From the NCBI RefSeq assembly GCF_964204865.1, contig NC_135252.1, forward strand, positions 7,812,001 through 7,876,000: a stretch of 64,000 bases of DNA. The letters run 5' to 3'. Positions 26,849 through 37,900 of the stretch are shown piece by piece; position 1 is the first letter of the stretch, and each line of letters begins with the position of its first letter. The notes under the pieces are model-generated. The model was not told where the DNA came from, did not search any database, and saw only the letters and a program-made list of their open reading frames with translations. Both the position numbers and the translations under genes were made by a program. This stretch comes from Styela clava (taxonomy: Eukaryota).

Positions 26849-28970
26849 ATGGAGCATGGATACAAGAATCCTCCATTTTTTGAAGAAAGCAAACTGTAAA
26901 GTCAATAGAAAAATGAAGTGTCAATATGGACATTGGTTACAAGTCTTCCAAAGCCTAAACAGGCTATTGCTGTTGCTTTATCGCTGACTGGAAAAGCAAA
27001 AAAAAGCAGTGAAGATTGCTGCAGAAGAGTTGAACAAAAATAACGGTTTGTCAACTCTGCTAGAGAAATTGGATGCAGTTTTTGAAAGAGATAAAGTCGA
27101 TCAGACATATGATGCGTACCACGCATTCGAATCTTTCAAATAAAAACCGAGTGAGAATGTCAAGGATTACATTTCGAGATTCGAAAGGATGTATACAAAG
27201 TCTAAGAAATTTGACATGACCTTACCAGATTCTGTATTGACGTATAAACTTTTGGAAGGTGCTGAATTGCGTCAACATGATAAACGACTTGTTTTGGCAG
27301 CAACCAGTAAACTGGAGTACGAAAGCATGAAATCCTCTTTGAAAAGAATTTTTGGGGAAAACCTGATGTTTAAGTCAACTTCTGTTGAAGTTAAAGATGA
27401 ACCACTCTTTATCTCTGGCAAAGATTTGCATAAAAGAAAGGGTCTTCGAAAAATGAATCAATTGCGGAAATATGGAGCAGCGGAAGCAATTGAAATTCTG
27501 TTGTGCATTTTGAAAATCCAATCAACATCATACTACAAGGTGCCCTCACAAGGAAGATTTACTTCAGAAGTGGAGGCTGTTGATGAAGATGAGCTTGTCA
27601 ATATCACACTATTATCAAATGGTCGAAATAGTCTGGTAGATGAAACAAGGGCATGTGCAGTAATTGATTCGGGTTGTACATCAACAGTTTGTGGAGAAGA
27701 TTGGCTAGCGGACTACGTCGAATTGCTGCACAAAATTAAGCAAAAGGTGAGCTCCGTTACTTTGAAGTTTGGTGATGGCAGTAAAGTGCGATCTCTTTAT
27801 GCTATATGCTTACCAATACAGGGAGTCCTCGGGTTACGACGGTCGCGACTTACGCTGTTTCGGGGTTACAACGCTGTTATAACCCTTCATAACGCACTCC
27901 ATAAAAGATAATACTGTTATGTAATATCTAAGCCCTTAAACTGGATCGTTGTGATCAAGAAAATCATTTCTTTGGGCTCATTGGTTTTCGTCATTTACAT
28001 CGTAAATGACGTGGACAATACAGTACGATATGTATAGAGTAATTTATATACTGTACAGTATAATGTTCCGACTTACACTGAAATTCGGGTTACACCGCGT
28101 CTCAGGAACGGAACGCCGTCGTAAGTCGAGGACTCCCTGTACAGATATCGGGAAAATCATGCTCCATAAATTGCGCCAATCATTGCGCCAGTCATTCCCA
28201 AATCACTTCCCCCACTTCTGAGTAAAAAAGCGTTAAAGAGAGCAAAAACAATCATAAATTTTGAAAATGACAAAATTACGATGTTTGGTCGAAGTGTTGA
28301 AATAAGAACAACCGATAGTAAACACTACTGTATTAAAATATTACCAAGTCAGATTGGGAATGAAATAGAATTCTTTTCTTGAAAAATGGTTACAATAAGA
28401 ATGAGGCGAAAATACATTTAATAAAGCATATGCAAAACTCAAGAATCTTCTAGAAAAGCCGGGTCACTCTGAATTCTATATACGATTTAATGAAACTGTT
28501 GCGGTGAATTTGCACCAGTTGGACTTCAATTTATGGTACATGCACAGTAATGATTTGTTCACCCGATTGAGTGCTGGGTCCATCATATCAAGAAAAAGTT
28601 CCAAAGGTATTGTCAATCACTTTATTGATCATTGGATAAGTGTATATGGTACTCCAAGAAAAATCTTAACCAATGAATATAATAACTCTGAGTTTCGTGA
28701 CATGGCCGAAAATTTTGGGATAGAGGTCAAAAAGACAGCGGCAGAAAGTCCGTGGAGTAATGGCATTCTGGAGAGGCATAATGGGGTGCTTACTGAAATA
28801 ATGTTAAAAGTACGAAAAGAACAATCACTTGATTGGAATACCGCTTTAAAATGGTCAATCTTTGCCAAAAATTATTGCAAAACTGCCATGATTTTAGTCC
28901 TTATCAGTTGGTGTTCGATCGTAACCCAAATTTGCCATTAGTCCTAACCGATAAACTTCCAGCGTTAGAA
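26849..28970 (+). mobile_element. Degenerate Ty1/copia LTR retrotransposon (GalEa-like): gag, protease and integrase remnants
   Basis: Gag MEHGYKNPPFF...KNEVSIWTLVTSLPKPKQAIAVALSLTGKA...LLEKLDAVF; protease AVIDSGCTSTVCGEDWL; integrase WISVYGTPRKILT...TAAESPWSNGILERHNGVL. There are multiple stops and frameshifts; RT and LTRs were not identified. Confidence 0.85.
27819..28139. mobile_element. Tigger/pogo-type MITE inserted in the copia protease region
   Basis: TIR CAGGGAGTCCTCGGGTTACGACG / CGTCGTAAGTCGAGGACTCCCTG with TA TSD; retroelement homology (LPI|QISG...LLSKKALKRAKTIINFENDK) resumes after it. Confidence 0.9.
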
Positions 28971-29601
28971 TGGGCCGCGGGACGATGACGTTTATCTCTC
29001 AGTTTCGTAGCGCACATAAGGGAACTACCTGAAAATGATTTTAAAATGCTCATTAGAAATTTAGTAACAGATAATACTTCGTTTCGATTGCCAAAAGTTG
29101 CACGTTTTACGAAAAAGACCGTAAATATATACTACTACTAGATGTCCAACTCCGCTCGCCGTATAATAAACAAACAAAGGCGATGTTGCACCTCCAAGTG
29201 GCGGGCGTCACGGTCGGTGGGTTCAGACAAGGTGCTTAACGACGACGACTCTCCTGCATCAGAGCTCGCAAACTCCCCTGTTCGTTGATGACTGATCGAA
29301 ATATTTACTGAAGGGCGCGGAGAATTTGATAAAAATGTACAAATAATTGTGAAAATGAAGACACAATCTGTCTTGCACATCCCCAGGATGATGTGACAAC
29401 TTTCTTGTCGAAAGAAAACAAGGCATCAAAAATGCGATGTATTGCAAAAAATGTCAGTCAGATGTAGGAAAAGTGGTGACGAAAATGAATACTTTGCACC
29501 TTATATATAAAAAAAAAACTTAGCAGCATAGCGTTTTGGTCTAACTTTATCTCAAGTATTGTACCTTTTACAGAAGTTTTATTCTCCACTTGACCTATAA
29601 T

Positions 29602-29950
29602 CAGGGCTGCCATAACGTCCTTATTTCTAAGATTTGTCCTTATTTTTAACAAACGTCCTTATTTTGACATGTGTCCTTATGAATGAATATACCTGTAAAT
29701 TAAACTTTAAATTTAGTTTAGATCTGGAATGAGTAAACGTAAAAACATTTGCCGGGATGATTATGAGAAAGAATTCCGCGGCGTCAAACCAAACGAAAGG
29801 CCAGTGATTTGCGCAATGCAGCTTTCGTGAATGTGACATTAACCTGGAATCCATAGATAAAGCAGCAATTTCTGCTCACAATGCAACCCAGAAGTCAGAA
29901 GCACAAGGACTCTGCTCAAGAAATTGAATCAAACCAAGAGTCAATGATTA
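29602..29950 (+). mobile_element. 5' end of a hAT (Blackjack-like) element with a frameshifted BED-finger N-terminus
   Basis: Terminus CAGGGCTGCCATAACGTCC with GTCCTTAT repeats. ATG 29729 gives MSKRKNICRDDYEKEF, continuing by frameshift as QCSFRECDINLESIDKAAISAHNATQK/HK. Confidence 0.55.
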
Positions 29951-30479
29951 TACAAAGGTCGCACTGCATTAATACATTCTGTTTATTACATTTCATTCAT
30001 TGTTATTTTATTACTATGTTTCCCTATCCTTATTTTGGGGTTCATATCGATGGCAGCACTGCCTATAATTATAATACTAAATCTCAAAAGCGTAATAACC
30101 ACCAATCTCACAGTCGAAGAAATCGACTTTCATCGTTTTCATCGTAGTAAACACAGTCAATTATGCGCGCGATGTACCTTTTTTTCCCATTTTGAAACTA
30201 CCGACGGAGCCGCACGTAATCAATTGTGCGCGCGATCCGCGATGTACCTTTTTTCATTCTGAAACTACCGACGGAGCCGAATGCAATAAAATAAATTTCG
30301 ATTGTTCGTATTTGCCCATACATTGTGATTTTTTAATCGGCGATATCTTGCTTAAACATAATTTCAAGTGCGAAAGAACAAATCAAGTTTGACAAATCCC
30401 AAGATCGCAAAAATACGACTCCAATTTATTTATAGTTGGCAGTTTATCACATATATATTTTATGTTATTTTAAAATAGT

Positions 30480-30642
30480 ATTCTTTAAATCAGCCTTAAA
30501 TAATGTCATCAAGCTGTTATTGCTTCTTTGAACAGTTACAAAATTGGTCAGTATTTTGAAAAGTAATCGAATATCTCGCGGAGCCCCTGGGTTTCTCTCG
30601 CGGAGCCCTGGGGCTCCGTACGGAGCACTTTGAGAACCTATG
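30480..30642 (-). mobile_element. One end of a Charlie/Buster-type hAT element inserted into the Buster transposase
   Basis: Minus strand CATAGGTTCTCAAAGTGCTCCGTACGGAGCCCCAGGGCTCCGCG begins exactly where transposase homology stops; it is preceded by TTGTAGAG. The other end was not found, so the left coordinate is approximate. Confidence 0.6.
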
Positions 30643-31952
30643 CTCTACAACACAGTTTTTCAAATCTTCTTGTAAGTTTTCCGAATCTTCATTGACACTT
30701 GATAATCTCTCAAACATCGCAAATTTCCTTTCAGATACTTTTCGGCGCCAGTTTTTCAACTTTAGGACAAATGCTCTCATATGATCATTGAGCTGAATGA
30801 TGTTTGCACCCTTCCCTTGTAACTTCAGATTTAAAATGTTCAGTTTTTTTAAAATATCGGCCAAATAGGCAAGATTATTCATCCACAATTGATCATTGAA
30901 GTAGGAAAGAAATTCATTTTTTTCATCGCAAAGAACAACTTCAATTCTTCCTTCATCTCAAAAATGCGGTTTAGAACGTTTCCTCTGGACAACCACCGCA
31001 CAGCTGTATGGAAGAATCCATCTCTTTAAACTGGCGTGAGTTGAGGGTTCCGGATTTGATGTAATTTACGATTTTTACTACCGAATCTAGTACATTTCGC
31101 GGAGGGGTTGGCAAAGTTTTACTTGCAAGCGCGTATCTATGAATGACACAGTGTGTACCTTTGGCTTCAGGAGCAAGTTCTTTGACTTTCTTTTGAAACC
31201 CCGAACGTGGCCCTAGCATGGCAGGAGCTCCGTCAGTACAAACTCCACAAACACGTTTCCATTCTAGATTTGCGGATTCGAAAAATATTTTTAATTTCTC
31301 CATAATATCTGAGCTTGTAGTTGTACTGGCAAGCTCATGACAAAAGAGGAATTCTTCTTTGATGTCCCCTGAATAAATATATCTTGCAAAAACCAACAGT
31401 TGGGCGCATGAACTAACGTCTGTTGATTCATTAACCTGAAAGGAAAACATCGGAGAGGCTTTAATTCCATTTACCACTAAATCTTTGACATCTTGGGACA
31501 TATCTGAGATGCGCCTCTTAATAGTTGTGTTGAAAAAGGAAAGTTGTTTTACTTTTGCCACGCTGTCTTCTCCGAGAATTAATTCCACAGTTTTCAACAA
31601 GCACGGATTAACAGAGTTTCTCAATTGTGTGAGGCTTTTTTTGTTTTGCAATTTGCAGAGAGACTTCATAGGATGCTTGCACTAAGGCCTGTTTTTCTTG
31701 ATAGAAGCTCCCTGAAACATCAAGTCTTTGACGTTCCATAGCGGCTTCATGTCGTCGAAAAAATTCTAAATTCTTCGTGGTGTATTTGGAATGCTTAGTC
31801 TCCAAATGACGTTTCAATTTGGACGGTTTCCTGGATTCAGCACTGAGAACGACATTGCACAATACACACTGCGGCTTCTCAATACCAACGATGACCAAGG
31901 ATGTAAAACTATACTTCAAATAGTCTTCCTCGTATTGTCGCTTCTTCGCCAT
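30643..31952 (-). pseudogene. Frameshifted Buster-type hAT transposase (ZBED5/ZBED8/SCAND3-like)
   Basis: BED finger KPQCVLC...KLKRHLETKH; FSFQVNESTD (first catalytic D replaced by N); CTDGAPAM; HCVIHRYALASK; LAYLADILKKLNILNLKLQG. Split across three frames and truncated at the C-terminus. Confidence 0.92.
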
Positions 31953-32367
31953 GGTAAATAAAATACGGAATTATAAATTACTGCAGGATGTATGATAATC
32001 TTCAGGATAAAACAACATAGACTACAAGCCTACCCCACAGAAAACCCCTTGGTGCAGCATTTCTTCGAAGCCCGCGTGTTTACCGTATCTCGGCGCGCGG
32101 AAATGCAGACAGTTTTTGTGACGTCACAATGAATAACATGCCATAACCATCTCGTGCCGCTTGCTTGATTTTCAAGCAAGAAGCGACATTCTGGGGTCTC
32201 ACCACAGCTAGTGAAAATCTCTCGAAGGCAAACGCGAGTCTATTCCAGACTTCTTTGCGTTCTATTACCAATATGTAACCTAAAGCATTGTAGTATTTTT
32301 TACTGTTTTGCAAGACCTTCGCGACCCCCCTAGAAACCCGTCGCGACCCCCAGGTTGGGAACCACTG
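30643..32367 (-). mobile_element. 3'-truncated Buster hAT transposon
   Basis: Minus-strand 5' TIR CAGTGGTTCCCAACCTGGGGGTCGCGA at 32367; flank TGCTAGAC has the central TA; contains the transposase pseudogene. Confidence 0.85.
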
Positions 32368-34871
32368 TGCTAGACCAAGATGTCCGTTTCTTTTGAGTGC
32401 GATGTCATACTTAAATTTTATGATGGATTGAAAATTAAGGTCTGGTAACTGGTTTCCAAGTTTTTTTTATCGGCATAATGTTTTTTATAACTTCATTTAA
32501 ACCCATGCCTTTGCATCATTTTTGGTATTACTATTAGGCGATGAACTATTTACCGTAAGGAGACGTTAGGTGCCTGTCGCTAGGTAACGTAAGCGAGTCG
32601 TTCGTTTTTGTTTGGGAGATTCTCTTTGTTGCTTTCTCCCAACACGTCGAAATCCTACAGGTGAGAGCAAAAAACTACTGACGACATTGGTTCGATGCCG
32701 TCTGGTACGAAATGGTTTTCAAATCAGGATTTGCTTATAGGCCAAGTGTATTAGTAAACTTCTTTGAGCAATTAGTACGGGTGAAGACGTGTTTTGCGAT
32801 ATGTTCTACCTATATATTTACGGTTCTACATGTTGTATATACTCTCGTACCACCATTTCTTGATATAAGTAGACAGATGTACCGTAACCGTTCGTTGGCA
32901 ATATCTTCTTACATTTACGTTATTTTAGACGCTGTATAAGATCGACTTCATGCTGAACTTATTTGGTACAATCAATGCATTGTAGCTCGCTAGATTAAAT
33001 ATGAATTAGTAGCGATATATTTGCAAAAAGTTCGACGCTGGCATGTGGCAACAGCGTAAAAATAGTTTATGGTGAAGATGATGACGTAATCGATTGTAGT
33101 CTGTCGCAATGTTAGGATTCGATACTATGCCCCATGTTGCCAGTACTTGGGACGCATACGGGTCGCTTTGAAACCTTCACCGTTCGTATGTACGCAAGTA
33201 CCGGTACCCTATTGCGTGTTAGTGGAGAATCCGTCTCGCAAATGAAGTCAATTATCTTCGTCGAGCACTTTTCAAAATTGGCCGCGATTTGCGTTCCCTA
33301 TTCACGGCGCATGAGTAATGTTACGGTCGGTGTCGACCAAATATAGTCGTTCGGTAGAACGAAGTCTTTTCCCAGTGATCGTTTTCATTGTTGAATATTA
33401 TAGAACTATCGAAACGTTAGATATGGGTTTTATAGAGTGGTAATTTATATGCAGATAGTAAAACTTCATGCAATATTACACGACAGTTACTTTCTAGTTA
33501 ATTTGCCACAGGAGGCCACAAAATAAATCGTATTACTATAACAATATATCTTCCGCCTGGGGAATAATACTTCGAGAAGACCTAAAATTTCGATTTGACA
33601 GAGATTTCGTGACTTCGAGTTGCATTGTATTGATTCAATGACATGTGTTCATGTTATACCAGGTACACATGATCAATATAACATTACCGTACATTGTGAT
33701 TGGTGTTCAATCGTTCCAAAGTCATAAATAGCAATAGATATGTTATCAATAACTAATAAACATTGTCAAAAAATGTCAATCCTGTTTGCATCACAAATGT
33801 TTGTCACGACCTTTGTCGACCGGCCTATCATTTTTTTTCGATTTTGTAGGCAAGGTAGCCTATATCAAAAAATGCCCATCTCATAAGGTAATATATATCA
33901 ATGAACGAATTTTATCATCAACACCTGGGTCTGGAAGGGCAAACACTTCAGTGTATTTTACTACACTCTTATGTGAACTCATTTCTACCGTCACACCTGG
34001 CTCGCCACAATTACGTTGAGTCGAAGTGAAACAAGTCTCCCGGACAACGGAGCTAACTCAAGAGTAATAATGGCGGTCCACTTTTAATTGAGAATTTTTT
34101 TAGATTAAAGCAACATATTGTATATATAATAATCAAGGGGTTCGTTGTATTTTTCGTTCGAACTTTTAATCCATTCACGGAGTTGTTATATACGTCATTA
34201 CTGCGTTGGCTGTGACACCATTTGCAGCATTTGTCATTCGTCGGCGTGCTGTGAACACCGCCAGGTCAATGTTACAGAGTTATTACGCAGATTCCTTTTC
34301 GGATCAACGGGTAGATTATGTACTTCGGCGATTGGCTATTACAGCGCACGTAGCGCTTTCAATCATTGTATCATCATTAGAAATTCTATTATTAATCAAA
34401 TGTTTTCTCTCTGGTGACGAAGAACTTTCCGTTGGGAAGCACGGTCGTCGATCGCATGGTTTGGTGTCCTTTTTAATTAATAGTGATTCTCAGCATTTCT
34501 GTTTGCATTGGTCTATTTGGTTTGTTACCCAAGTGCGAAGTCTGTACCACGAAGTTTGCCCTATCTTATCAGAACTTCAACTATTATAGTTTCTTAGTAA
34601 CATGTTGGCCAATGACATGCTTAATATGTAAATGATGACAAAATAGATGCTTGAATAAAATATCTCTAATGTCTGGATTCATCTAACAGAGACAGTAGTA
34701 GCAGTAACATTGCTTAATATGGTAGTGGAAACTGTTTGTGGATATTTAATGAAGGACATATGTTATTAACCACGTTGAAAACGTATTGGGATGTACCTGT
34801 GATAATTTTAGGATTGAATCACTAGTCACTACCAGTTATAACAGGAATTATTATAAAGAAAAACGATATCA

Positions 34872-34923
34872 ATGAAATTAGAAATGATAGCAGACGAGGA
34901 ACAACCGTTATGGAATGGATATC
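34872..34923 (+). CDS. CHN1/CHN2: Chimaerin coding exon 1 ([17 protein letters not shown])
   Basis: Acceptor at 34844, in-frame upstream TAA, donor GTAAGT; corresponds to the PPVWKSY motif of chimaerins. Confidence 0.85.
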
Positions 34924-37900
34924 GTAAGTTTGAAGTATTTTGTATTTTTGCAGCAATTGCATTAACATTTTCTCTAGCATATTCGGAAATGTGAATGCTA
35001 AACTTATCTCATTTCATTGTTTACTTATATTTTGGCATATTGATGTTCAGATAAGGGCTGTGCATTATAAATATTTCCTTTGAGTTCTCGCCCGCAATGT
35101 TAATTTTTTATGTGAAATATTTTCTCAAAACCTAATTAGGACAACTGAACACTATTTTGTGCCATTTTTATTGAATTACCCCGTTTTAGTTCATGCCACC
35201 TAGAATATTATATGAACTGTGATCACCTGTTATCTGTGATGGAGAGCAAAAAATTACTGTTGTCTTCATCTAATTCGAAATTTTATTGAAAATATCCTTA
35301 ATTGCATACTATTTTTGGACCTCAAATTCAATTATCTGTATGAAACTATAATTAATATTGACATGCGCTATACGTTACCAATGGGATTCATATTGGAAAG
35401 GTTGATACCATCGTACACTTTTCAAGCACTGCACACAAAAACGACAATCACCAATTGTGATATTGATCGTGATCAGTGAATGTAGTAGGTTATGGCTTTA
35501 TTTGAGAATAAGTACTATTCAGTTTATTCTATTCAAGAATCAAATATATCACGGGTGAAATATTAAATTTCGATGCCTGTTTTATTGTATAATTTATAAA
35601 CTATCCATTTGTCAAAAATGACCATTAGATCGCACTTAGTATTTATCGACGATTTGTACGCATCTCTGAATAAAAATAATTACCTGTACCTTTGGTTTGA
35701 ATATCTTGAAGAATGAACAAATTTCTTTTTTCCACCTAATTGTTCGTTCTTCATTGCTAATTGCTAGGTATGAGCGAAGAAAGCAACGTATTCATACTAT
35801 AGCATTATATAATATTATAATTATAAACACAATATTAAATGATATGAAACAATTTATCCAGCTCACTGTAATTGTATACAATTTTTATCCCCGCTAATTA
35901 TGTCCACGACCGGCCGTATAATCTGTAATATCCGTCTCAATAACTCTTGTATAGACATGGTGGTACCTTTAATTGATGGAGCAGCATATAATTGACAATT
36001 AATTACATTAATATTTGATTTAGACTCTTGTGACATCGATTAACTGTAAACAACATTTTTGCATGAAAGCATAATTTTTATTGTCATAATATCACCTTTG
36101 GGGCCATATCTTCGAATACAGTTTCCTATAATGACAATATCCTAGTTATTATCAACTTCAGTTTGATTGTATTTTTATTTTTAATGTTTCGAATCATATG
36201 TATAAATGTTTAAAATAGTTTAAAGCCACTTTCAATAGTTTTACTGGTACCTTTTCTCGTCCAGATTTTCTGACAATCTGATTTTGGTTGACACACCAGC
36301 TTATTTTCCTACTTAGAAATCAGTGACACTGATCTAAATGGATTTTAACAAAAAATCACCGGAACATTTATCTTTAAATAATTTTCATCTTATTTTACAG
36401 TATATCAATTGCAGGGAGAAGCACCTCGACCCAAAGCAGTATTGTGTAACAAACCTGAGGTATGAATTGTATATTGCTCTTTTTGAGATAGATAGAAAAA
36501 TCTGTATTATCTGATCTGATTTAACATAATATTGAAGTAATCATAGCATTTTGGGTATTATAGTCTCTATTACACTGTATTTGGAAATGAAGGTCACCCC
36601 TTTCTCATGTTGGTCGGTTACAGTACTTGAACAGTGACAGAAACGCACAGGAAGGACTTATTTTACGGTTGACCGCGATACACTGAGGATAATTTTCAAC
36701 TCATTTTAAACAATGTGGTATTACATCACCTTAAACGTTGTATTCATAAGCCATCTTAATCAAAATTGTTTTTGTCGAGAGTGTATAAACCACGAATGGT
36801 TCGCCTTTCGAAGCTTGTGCTATTTCGATATCGAGACGTCTCGATTGTATTACAACGAACTTTTGTTCGCGGGTTTAAGCAATACTGAATATTACTTGTG
36901 GATATTGAATATTTACATTCAAAGTTTTGGTAGGGAGAAACAGACTACGCTCTTTTGAATCCACGGAGTACCTGAATCTTGAACGAAAACAAATCATTAA
37001 CTCAATACACACAACGGTCGTGGAAGCAACATTTAATAAGATCCCATTCCCTTTTAGCATCTAACGAAATTGTGAAGGGAAATTGTTTTGCCAAACGTGA
37101 TTCACAATGATATTGTGCTCCGTTCTGGATACATACTTGTAAAGTATGAAAGTTTTTTGCGTTAACTTCATTTCAAACTGTCAGTCGACTGAAATCTGAT
37201 GTTTCGTTGGAAGATGTGATGCAATTTTTTCCCCTGGAAAAATTATTTCAAGCATATAATCAAAATCAGAAAGGATTTTGCATGTACTCCCTTCATAAAC
37301 GATCATGTGAAATGGATGGTATCTCTCGATTAACCATTATTTGGTAAAATCTTATGGTGACTATCATATACCTACAGTATTTTCGCTATTCCAACATAAT
37401 GACCAGCAAAACCAAAGCAATCTTTCTTGTTCGTCTTTGCGGGAGAGAAAACGCGGTCGTTCTTGGATAGTCACCCTCAGTAGTTTTATTGACTTAGTAC
37501 TGATTATCTATTTTCCCGGCTCTTGTGGTGTAAATTATGGCAATGAGGTACTTTAACCGATCAAACTTTTAGATAATTGACACGAAAAGACAATTTGAAC
37601 AACTTATTTTGGAATTAGGGACGAAGTCTGACGTATATGTGGTTTGAGGTTACGGCCATGTCGAATATATTGCGAATTAGGATAAGGGATCATTATGCTT
37701 ATGAAATGTGTGTGAGTGTTAAGCAAGAAGCCTTTCATTATCACCTGTTTAATCACAAATATATTCAGGCATGCCTTAGGAATAAATTGCTCTTTGAGAA
37801 TCGTCGTTCGCGAGGCATGTGCCTTTAGTGAAGTTTGAGTGAAGTCATTTTGACTTTGAAGTTACATTTGCCTATAAACAACGTTGAAGTATTCTTTATT

